A model generated the notes under the pieces. It searched no databases. It worked only from the letters and a program-made list of their open reading frames with translations, and had not been told where the DNA came from. Positions 1 to 6,583 of a stretch of 41,314 bases of DNA are shown here, piece by piece. The translations under genes were made by a program, and so were the position numbers. Origin of the DNA: an uncultured Clostridia bacterium (lineage in GTDB: Bacteria; Bacillota; Clostridia; Christensenellales; Borkfalkiaceae); assembly GCA_947625065.1 (NCBI GenBank), contig CANQNB010000001.1, positions 1-41,314 on the forward strand, written 5' to 3'. Numbering within the stretch: position 1 is the first letter of the stretch; every line of letters starts with the position of its first letter.

Positions 1-37
1 AATTCGATGGCAATTGCCCATATGCACGGGCAATTGC

Positions 38-303
38 TGACCGAGCGCGGGATTCTACCCGCGCGAGACAGTGGCGCGTAGCGCCGAAAGGGGTTCTGAA
101 CCCCCTCAGTCTCGCTGAGGCTCGACAGCTCCCCCAGAGGTGGAGCCAAGGGTTTACGGGTCACCCTGCCCGCGCTTCTGATTACGTCACCCTGAGCCTG
201 TCGAAGGGTGTCCGCATTATAAAAATAAGGACATGTTTCGACTACGCTACTTCGCCTACGGCTCGTGTCGACCTTAGTCTACAATAGAAGCCTCGGTCGG
301 GCA
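38..303. repeat. Composite intergenic repeat element, copy A
   Basis: It shares modules in the same order with 2846-3144. These are GACCGAGCGCGGGATTC(T/C)ACCCGCGCGAGA, ACGTCACCCTG units (2 here), a CACCCT-N11-AGGGTG hairpin, and a 71-nt core (233-303) identical by eye to 3074-3144. Confidence 0.85.
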
Positions 304-416
304 ACATGACGTAATTCAAGATGCCTCCTTCCTTTCGAGAGCTTCCACCTCGGACATGGTATGGGGCAATCACGTGAGCTTGCCCTTGCCTACCCCCAAC
401 AATTCATCAATTACAG

Positions 417-446
417 AAAAGAACGGCACCTGAGCAGGTGCCGTTC
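417..446 (-). terminator. Rho-independent terminator downstream of the XRE gene
   Basis: GAACGGCACCTG / CAGGTGCCGTTC stem at 421-446. It is followed on the minus strand by a T-run (plus-strand AAAA at 417-420). Confidence 0.75.
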
Positions 447-457
447 TTTGCGTCAAA

Positions 458-691
458 TTATCTCCTTCGTCCCTTACATTCATAGACCTTCTCTCTCTTG
501 ATCTGCAAGAGTTCGTCCGCGCTGATGTCAAAATAGACGCAGAGCGTGCGGATGGAATTGTAGTCGGGCAGCCTCCCCGCGTTGAGCCAACCGCTGATCG
601 TCGTCTTCGGGATCCCCGTGTCCCGCGACAATTTTGCCTGCGTGATACCGAATTCCGTCAATAAATTTTGCAGCAGCTCGGGAAAATTCAT
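458..691 (-). CDS. XRE-family helix-turn-helix transcriptional regulator (77 aa)
   Basis: The ORF-track protein contains a typical HTH_XRE core (ITQAKLSRDTGIPKTTISGWLNAGRLPDYNSIRTLCVYFDISADELL). It is divergent from the next gene. Confidence 0.85.
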   Translation of the reverse strand: MNFPELLQNLLTEFGITQAKLSRDTGIPKTTISGWLNAGRLPDYNSIRTLCVYFDISADELLQIKREKVYECKGRRR

Positions 692-697
692 GGAAAT

Positions 698-754
698 ATT
701 ATATGCAAAATACCTAAAAAGGTATTGACAGTACCTAATTAGGTATGCTATACT
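698..754. promoter_or_regulatory. Divergent promoter region with two palindromic operators
   Basis: O1 is ATACCT-AAAA-AGGTAT (710-725) and O2 is TACCT-AATT-AGGTA (732-745), with centres 21 bp apart. The plus-strand promoter is TTGACA (725-730), an 18-nt spacer, TATACT (749-754). A minus-strand TATAAT (plus ATTATA 698-703) lies only 6 nt upstream of the XRE ATG. Confidence 0.6.
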
Positions 755-780
755 ATATAAAAAAATTTAGGAGGGACAAA

Positions 781-2514
781 ATGGAAACTCAAAAAAGATC
801 CCGCACGTCCGCTTTGGAAGGTGGGATCACGGCAAAGACCAAGACGATCGTCCTCTCGGCGCTCACGATCGCCATGTGCGCTTCGCTCATCGCCGGCGGG
901 ACTCTCGCGCTCTTCACCGGTGAGAGCCACGTGGGCATCGAGGTCACCAGCGGTAAGGTGGATGTGACGGCGAACGTCACGGCGCTCGCAATCAATTCCG
1001 ACGCAGTAGGCGACACCGCTCTCGAAGCCATCGACGATTGGACCGAAGCAACCCCCGATGGAAGCAACTTCAGTGGATCGTTCGCAAACGGTGGGGGCGT
1101 TGAGTACAAAGCGGCGGATGGCATCGGCACACTTACGATCAACGGCATCTCCCCCGGCGACTCGGTCAAGTTCACCGTCTCCGTCGAAAACAAGAGCACC
1201 ATCCTCGTCAAATACCAGATGCGCCTTCAGGTGACGAAGGAGGACGACACGGAGAACAAGCTCTCCTCCGTTTTGGAGTGGTATTTCAACGAAAAAACGT
1301 CCGTCGGCGCCCAACAGTTGGCGACGGCGTGGTCGGATCCGTTGAACGCAGAGACGAATCCCACCTCCGCCCAAGAAGTGCGGCTGCGCCTCCCCAAGGC
1401 GATCACGGAAGACTATCAAGGCAAGACGTGCAACGTCACGCTCTCGGTCGTCGCCATCCAGAGCAACGGTTCGCCCGTGACGCTCTGCGGGGAAAACCAC
1501 TACTATGATGCAACGACCAACACGTGCATCTACTGCGGCGCAGAAAATCCTGTTAAGGGACATTTGGATCCCTCGACCGGCAACTTTGTGCTCGATAGCC
1601 TTGCCGATCCGGATGCGACGGATGTTACCATCCCCGGCACAGTGGGCGGCGCGCCCGTCTCCATTCCCGATAGTGCATTTAAGGGCAAATCGTTGGAATC
1701 CGTGACGTTGGAAGACGGCATCACCGAAATCGGCGCAAGTGCGTTTGAAGAATGCAACTCGCTTACAGACATCATCATTCCCGCCTCGGTCACAGAAATC
1801 GGCGAAGCTGCTTTTAAGGGTTGCAAAGGCCTTCAAAGCGTAACGCTTGGTGCCGGCGTCACCGAAATCAAGGGAGAAACCAACAAAGGAACATTCGAGG
1901 ATTGCAGACAGCTTAAACACGTTGAAATAAAAGGCGATGTGACCGTGATTGGCGATAGCGCTTTTCATGGATGCGATAGCTTAACAACCATTGAGCTCCC
2001 CGCCTCACTCACCAAGATCGGCATGGACGCCTTCGCCCCCGCTAGCTTCGGCAGCGGATTGACAAGCATTGATCTCAGCAAGTGCACGAATTTGACGGAG
2101 ATCGGCATGCATGCTTTCGCAAGGTCTGCTATTACGGAGATCGCGATTCCGGATTCAGTGACCACGTTGGGTAAGCAGGCATTCGCAACCTGCGCGAGTT
2201 TGCAACAAGTGACGCTTGGGACGGGAGTTACAAAACTCGAAGATAGTCTTTTTAATAAATGTTCTGCGCTGCAATCGCTCACCATTAACGGAACGTTGGA
2301 AAGCATTGGTGACAGTGTATTTATCGAATGCGGGCAGCTTGCGACCATTACATATGCCGGAAGATCGGAACAGTGGAAGCCCTTAGTCCTTGTGGAGATC
2401 TATCATACTGGTAGATATACTAATAAATTGGAGCCATGCCATGACGATTGCCGTGTGACCTGCCAAGGGGATGACGTAACGCTCGATAAGAGCGGCAACC
2501 CGGTTGGAGCCTGA
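781..2514 (+). CDS. Secreted surface protein: TasA/camelysin-like N-terminal domain with SipW-type signal peptide, fused to BspA-type leucine-rich repeats
   Basis: The start was moved to the ATG at 781, preceded by AGGAGGGAC. The N-terminus has a hydrophobic segment followed by GGTLALFTGES, as in the TasA/CalY class. The C-terminal half has about 9 repeats of the LRR_5 pattern (ITEIGxxAFxxCxxLxxVxLPxxV). Confidence 0.75.
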   Translation: METQKRSRTSALEGGITAKTKTIVLSALTIAMCASLIAGGTLALFTGESHVGIEVTSGKVDVTANVTALAINSDAVGDTALEAIDDWTEATPDGSNFSGSFANGGGVEYKAADGIGTLTINGISPGDSVKFTVSVENKSTILVKYQMRLQVTKEDDTENKLSSVLEWYFNEKTSVGAQQLATAWSDPLNAETNPTSAQEVRLRLPKAITEDYQGKTCNVTLSVVAIQSNGSPVTLCGENHYYDATTNTCIYCGAENPVKGHLDPSTGNFVLDSLADPDATDVTIPGTVGGAPVSIPDSAFKGKSLESVTLEDGITEIGASAFEECNSLTDIIIPASVTEIGEAAFKGCKGLQSVTLGAGVTEIKGETNKGTFEDCRQLKHVEIKGDVTVIGDSAFHGCDSLTTIELPASLTKIGMDAFAPASFGSGLTSIDLSKCTNLTEIGMHAFARSAITEIAIPDSVTTLGKQAFATCASLQQVTLGTGVTKLEDSLFNKCSALQSLTINGTLESIGDSVFIECGQLATITYAGRSEQWKPLVLVEIYHTGRYTNKLEPCHDDCRVTCQGDDVTLDKSGNPVGA

Positions 2515-2580
2515 CAGAAGCTCCCGATCGCCGAGGGGGCTCTCAGGGGTCCTCTGAGGAAAGTTCAGAAAGTTTCAGAA

Positions 2581-2615
2581 GAAGCCGCAGGCGTCCGCCT
2601 GCGGCTTCTTTCTCT
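2581..2615 (+). terminator. Rho-independent terminator
   Basis: GAAGCCGCAGGCG-TCC-GCCTGCGGCTTC hairpin followed by TTTCTCT. Confidence 0.8.
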
Positions 2616-2845
2616 GCCCGCCTCTGCCCTCATTCCGAACGGAGCGCAAGCGAAGTGAGCGAATCTTTAAGATACACTCGGCTTCGCCTCGGTATGAGGG
2701 TCGCCCCATCTCGCTGTCCCCTTGTACGAAGTCCGCCTCCTGCCCTCCCCCTTATACCTGAGGGTGGAGCAACGCATTCTTGCCAAAAGTTCAGTGAACT
2801 ATTGGCGCGTTGCGACATGAGTGAGCGCATCGGAAGGCGCGAACG

Positions 2846-3144
2846 ATGACCGAGCGCGGGATTCCACCCGCGCGAGAAGGGATGCCGTAAGGCAGGGAGG
2901 GGGTGCGTTCCTAATCACGTCACCCTGTCCCCGCGTTCCTAATCACGTCACCCTGTCCCGCGTTCCTAATCACGTCACCCTGTCCGCGCTTCCAATCACG
3001 TCACCCTGTCCGCGCTTCCCAAATACGTCACCCTGAGCTTGTCGAAGGGTCACCGCAGTTTTATAATAAGGTGATGTTTCGACTACGCTACTTCGCCTAC
3101 GGCTCGTGTCGACCTTAGTCTACAATAGAAGCCTCGGTCGGGCA
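2846..3144. repeat. Composite intergenic repeat element, copy B
   Basis: Same module order and orientation as 38-303. It has 5 ACGTCACCCTG units instead of 2. The 71-nt core at 3074-3144 is identical to 233-303. Confidence 0.85.
2905..3038. repeat. Tandem repeat, 5 units of 26-28 bp (GCG(C)TTCC(T)AATCACGTCACCCTGTCC)
   Basis: Unit starts read directly at 2905, 2933, 2960, 2986 and 3012. There is no unique spacer between units. Confidence 0.9.
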
Positions 3145-3293
3145 GGATGATGCGGTTAGCATGCCCCCTCCCGAGGAGGGGGTAGGGGGGCGGGTACGAA
3201 TTCTGAATACGCCCCACCTCAGTCACTACGTGACAGCTCCTCCCACGGAGGAGCCAAGGGGGGCTGCCTGCCATTCCGTCCCCGTTTCGCGCT

Positions 3294-3323
3294 ATAAGAA
3301 AAGGCACCCGACATGGGTGCCTT
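3294..3323 (-). terminator. Rho-independent terminator downstream of tRNA-Ser
   Basis: AAGGCACCC-GACAT-GGGTGCCTT hairpin (3301-3323). It is followed on the minus strand by TTTTCTT. Confidence 0.75.
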
Positions 3324-3327
3324 TCCG

Positions 3328-3419
3328 TGGCGCAGAAGGCGGGATTCGAACCCGCGCTACCTTTCACAGGTACTACTCCCTTAGCAGGGGAGCCCCTTGA
3401 GCCTCTTGGGTACTTCTGC
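3328..3419 (-). tRNA. tRNA-Ser (anticodon GCU), class II, CCA encoded
   Basis: The reverse complement folds by hand as follows. Acceptor GCAGAAG/CTTCTGC; D arm CCC-AAGAGGCTCAA-GGG; anticodon arm CTCCC-CTGCTAA-GGGAG; long variable arm; T arm GCGGG-TTCGAAT-CCCGC; discriminator G plus CCA. Confidence 0.9.
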
Positions 3420-3449
3420 AATGCGGGGGAAATTTCCGCTCGCTCTATC

Positions 3450-3478
3450 AATATACCATAAATCGGAGAGAATGTCAA
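3450..3478 (-). promoter_or_regulatory. Sigma-A-type promoter for tRNA-Ser
   Basis: Minus strand reads TTGACA (plus 3473-3478), a 17-nt spacer, then TGGTATATT (TATATT = plus 3450-3455). Confidence 0.6.
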
Positions 3479-3530
3479 AGTATATTTTTGCCGAATCGCA
3501 AAAAAATCCGAAAAAATTTATTCCCGCCCC

Positions 3531-3559
3531 TTGCGACGGCGCAGGAAATGTGGTAAAAT
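3531..3559 (+). promoter_or_regulatory. Sigma-A-type promoter for ppa
   Basis: TTGCGA, a 17-nt spacer, then TGG-TAAAAT (extended -10). It lies 22 nt upstream of the ppa ATG. Confidence 0.55.
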
Positions 3560-3580
3560 GAGAAAAACAAGGAGACATCC

Positions 3581-4111
3581 ATGAATATTTGGCACGACAT
3601 CAACGAAGAGCGCATCAAACCGAACAGCTTTGAGGCGCTCATCGAGATCCCCAAGGGGTGCAAGGCAAAATACGAACTCGACAAGGAGACGGGCATTCTC
3701 AAACTCGACCGCGTCCTCTATACGTCGACCGTCTACCCCGCGAACTATGGGTTCATTCCCCGTACGTATGCCGACGACGGCGACCCGCTCGACGTGCTCG
3801 TGCTCACCAACGAGAGCATCTTCCCCATGACGCTCGTATCGTGCTATCCCATCGGGGTCATCAAGATGATCGACGGGGGCATGCTCGACGAAAAGATCAT
3901 CGCGATCCCGCACAAGGATCCCACCTACAACAGCTATTACGACATCCACGAGCTGCCCAAGCACGTCTTCGACGAGATGATGCACTTCTTTGAGGTCTAC
4001 AAGAGCCTCGAGCACAAAAAGACGACGGTCAAGGAGATCGCCCACCGTGACGAGGCGGTCGAGATCGTGCGCAAGTGTCTCGAAAACTATCGTGCGAAAT
4101 TTCTCGGGTAA
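3581..4111 (+). CDS. ppa: Family I inorganic pyrophosphatase
   Basis: 176 aa with the typical core (KYELDKETG, YPANYGFIPRT, DGDPLDVLV). RBS AAGGAGA. Confidence 0.95.
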   Translation: MNIWHDINEERIKPNSFEALIEIPKGCKAKYELDKETGILKLDRVLYTSTVYPANYGFIPRTYADDGDPLDVLVLTNESIFPMTLVSCYPIGVIKMIDGGMLDEKIIAIPHKDPTYNSYYDIHELPKHVFDEMMHFFEVYKSLEHKKTTVKEIAHRDEAVEIVRKCLENYRAKFLG

Positions 4112-4123
4112 GGGGGAGAGACC

Positions 4124-4729
4124 ATGAAGATCATCTTTTTCGGTGACTCGGTCACCGATGCGGGCAGGGACAAATTCGATCCTGCCGACCTCGGCGCGGG
4201 CTATGTCAAGATCGCTGCCAACAAACTGCGGCTGCTCTATCCCGACCAGCCGTTCGAGATCCTCAACCGCGGCGTCGGCGGGGACCGCACCGAGCAGCTT
4301 CTTGCGCGCATGCAAGAGGACGTGCTCGCGGAGAAGCCCGACGTCGTCGTCCTCCAGGTGGGCATCAACGATGTCTGGCACCGCTTCCTCATCGGCGTTG
4401 AGGTGAAGGCGGAGGATTTCCGCGCCAACTACACGTCGATCGTGCGCGAACTCAAGGGCTCGGGGGCGAAACTCATTGCCCTGCAACCCTTTGCGCTCAG
4501 CGTGCCCGACATGCGCCGCGTGAGACCCCACCTCAACAAATTCAATGCCATCATCGGCGAGATCGTGAAGGAGGAGGGGGTCCCGCTCATCCCGATGGAC
4601 GAGATCTTTACGGGGGTGACGCAGGACATCGCGCCCGACCAGTTCGCCGCCGACGGCGTCCACCCGACCCATCGCGGCTGCCGCTACATCGCCGATCAGG
4701 TCATCAAGGAGATCCGCAAGTTCCTCTGA
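4124..4729 (+). CDS. SGNH/GDSL-family hydrolase
   Basis: N-terminal IIFFGDSVTDAG block I, a GxND block (VGINDVW) and C-terminal DGVHPT. Confidence 0.85.
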   Translation: MKIIFFGDSVTDAGRDKFDPADLGAGYVKIAANKLRLLYPDQPFEILNRGVGGDRTEQLLARMQEDVLAEKPDVVVLQVGINDVWHRFLIGVEVKAEDFRANYTSIVRELKGSGAKLIALQPFALSVPDMRRVRPHLNKFNAIIGEIVKEEGVPLIPMDEIFTGVTQDIAPDQFAADGVHPTHRGCRYIADQVIKEIRKFL

Positions 4730-4755
4730 GTACGTACAAAAAATGCACGAAAAAA

Positions 4756-4780
4756 GGGCGCCGGCATGCCGTCGGCGCCC
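4756..4780. terminator. Bidirectional terminator between convergent genes
   Basis: GGGCGCCG...CGGCGCCC stem flanked by an A-run (4750-4755) and GCGTTTT. Confidence 0.7.
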
Positions 4781-4794
4781 GCGTTTTACCGCTG

Positions 4795-5448
4795 TCAGTT
4801 AGCCGTGAGGAAGGAAACGGTCACTTCTCTCGCCTCTTCGGTCACGCGGAAGAGGGGATTTTCGTTGTCGAAGCTGCAGCCCTCGGGCCAGAAGGTCTCG
4901 ACGACGTGCACGTCATAGGTCCCCGGGGCGAGGCTCATGGAGACCTTGCCCTGCGCATCCGTCGCTTCGTCGCTGAGCACGCACACGTCGGAGGGACCGC
5001 CGCACAGCTGGACCTTGATCCCCTGAGCGGGCGTGCCGTCGGGCATGAGGACGGTCACGGTATAGACGATGGTTTCCTCTCCCTCGGGGGAGACCGTGAC
5101 GGTCGCGGTCGTGACGGCGGCAGTGACCGTCTCCGTGCTGCACACGTACCCGTCGAGGATGTCTTCAAAGTCGGGGAGGGGAGTCACGCGCACCGTGTAG
5201 ATGGCTGCGGGAAGGCTGAAATGCGCCGTGTTCTGCGTGAACGTGCCCGTCGCCGCGACGGTGCCGTCGGCAGCGACCATCTGCACCTGCAGACCGTCGG
5301 GGATGCCCGCGTCTTCGCAGACGATGTTGACCGTGTAATCCACCGTCTTGGGGGTCGGCTGCTCCGCCCCGGGATCTGCGCAGGCGGCAAACAGAGCGAG
5401 CGCGCAGACGAGCAAGAGGGCGGCGGCAAATTTTTTGAGGAATTTCAT
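4795..5448 (-). CDS. Lipoprotein with two carboxypeptidase-regulatory-like (prealbumin-fold) domains
   Basis: The start was moved to MKFLKKFAAALLLVCALALFAAC (ATG at 5448, RBS GGAGGTG). It has a signal peptide plus a lipobox Cys. Two TYxVxV / DAxGxV beta-sandwich-like segments are present. Confidence 0.7.
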   Translation of the reverse strand: MKFLKKFAAALLLVCALALFAACADPGAEQPTPKTVDYTVNIVCEDAGIPDGLQVQMVAADGTVAATGTFTQNTAHFSLPAAIYTVRVTPLPDFEDILDGYVCSTETVTAAVTTATVTVSPEGEETIVYTVTVLMPDGTPAQGIKVQLCGGPSDVCVLSDEATDAQGKVSMSLAPGTYDVHVVETFWPEGCSFDNENPLFRVTEEAREVTVSFLTAN

Positions 5449-5631
5449 CGTTACACCTCCAAATGCATCGGATACTGTCATTATATCACCGATCGAAAAA
5501 TTTTTCAACCGAATGAAGGGGGGCGCGCGCCGAAAATCACCCGATTTTCACGCTTCGGCGAAAAAGGGGCGAAATTTCACGCACCGCGGCGGAAAAATAA
5601 AGCAGCCGCAGCCCTTTTAGGGAGAGGAGAC

Positions 5632-6513
5632 ATGCAGACACCAAAAAACAAAACCGAAGAGCCGATCGCGGACATGGGTGGGGGCAACGTCGCCGAGATG
5701 GCAGAAAATTCCATCCGCAAGCGCTTCCACAGAAAGCTCTTTTCGAAGTTCGCGCAGGCGGTCGTCGCCTACGAGCTCATCCGGCCCAACGACAGGATCG
5801 CCGTCTGTATGTCGGGCGGAAAGGACTCCTTCCTCATGGCGAAGCTCTTTCAGGAGATCAAGCGGCACGACAAGTTCCCCTTTGAGCTCGTCTTCCTCGT
5901 GATGGACCCCGGCTACGCGCCCGAAAACCGCGCCGCCGTGATGCGCAACGCCGACCTGCTGAACATCCCCGTCACGGTGTTCGAGACGGACATCTTCGAG
6001 AATGTCACCGCCGTCAAAAAGTCTCCCTGCTACCTGTGCGCGCGCATGCGGCGGGGGCACCTCTACCATAAGGCGCAGGAGCTCGGCTGCAACAAGATCG
6101 CGCTCGGGCACCACTATGACGACGTCATCGAGACCATCCTCATGGGCATGCTCTACGGCGGGCAGGTGCAGACGATGATGCCCAAGCTCAAGAGCACCAA
6201 CTTCGAGGGGATGGAGCTCATCCGCCCGATGTACTTCATCCGCGAGGAGGACATCAAGGCATGGCGCGACCGGAACGGGCTGCACTTCCTCCAATGCGCC
6301 TGCCGATTTACCGCCGATTGTGCCGACACGCTCGCAACTTCCAAGCGGCAGAGGGTGAAGGAGCTCATCCGTTCTCTCCGCGCAGAGGACCCCGCGATCG
6401 AGCAGAACATCTTCAAGAGCGTCGAAAACGTCAACCTTGCGACCGTCCTCGCCTATAAGGACAAGCAGAACGTGCGGCACAACTTTCTCGACGACTACGA
6501 CCGCCCGCAATAG
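5632..6513 (+). CDS. ttcA: TtcA-family PP-loop ATPase (tRNA 2-thiocytidine synthase-like)
   Basis: The start was moved to the ATG at 5632 after GGGAGAGGAGA. It carries the SGGKDS PP-loop, CYLCARMRRG and CACRF Cys motifs. The upstream part of the track ORF (4906-) is antisense to the lipoprotein gene. Confidence 0.8.
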   Translation: MQTPKNKTEEPIADMGGGNVAEMAENSIRKRFHRKLFSKFAQAVVAYELIRPNDRIAVCMSGGKDSFLMAKLFQEIKRHDKFPFELVFLVMDPGYAPENRAAVMRNADLLNIPVTVFETDIFENVTAVKKSPCYLCARMRRGHLYHKAQELGCNKIALGHHYDDVIETILMGMLYGGQVQTMMPKLKSTNFEGMELIRPMYFIREEDIKAWRDRNGLHFLQCACRFTADCADTLATSKRQRVKELIRSLRAEDPAIEQNIFKSVENVNLATVLAYKDKQNVRHNFLDDYDRPQ

Positions 6514-6526
6514 AAAAAGGGCGCGA

Positions 6527-6559
6527 GACGTCTCCCCTGCGGGAGGCGTTCTATTTTTG
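6527..6559 (+). terminator. Rho-independent terminator after ttcA
   Basis: ACGTCTCCC-CTGC-GGGAGGCGT hairpin followed by TCTATTTTTG. Confidence 0.7.
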
Positions 6560-6583
6560 TCTGCACGGTCATACCATATCCCT

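Noticed and set aside
38-127. A second functional tRNA gene (Leu-CAG-like).
   Set aside because: The D loop lacks the invariant GG. The T loop is TAGAAT (6 nt, no TTC). There are no linker nucleotides at positions 8-9. It is treated as tRNA-like or pseudo only.
2905-3038. Possible CRISPR array (regular short repeats). The same question was asked of the 186-bp array at 40400-40830.
   Set aside because: The 26-28 bp units are directly adjacent with no unique spacers. In the 186-bp array the whole unit, including the would-be spacer, is repeated. No cas genes are present in the window.
5529-5582. Three direct repeats G(C/G)CGAAA(A/T)(T/A)... and two TTTCACGC boxes in the divergent lipoprotein/ttcA intergenic region.
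   Set aside because: They are short and degenerate, with no palindromic symmetry and no nearby regulator gene. They are not distinguishable from chance in an intergenic region of this size.
4906-5631. Long N-terminal extensions of track ORFs. Examples: 4906-6513, 6437-9214, 8964-11102, 13844-16042, 33163-34293, 20064-25760, 27956-29089.
   Set aside because: The upstream parts overlap other genes or intergenic DNA, lack homology-like sequence, and each has an internal RBS-preceded start where the recognisable family sequence begins.
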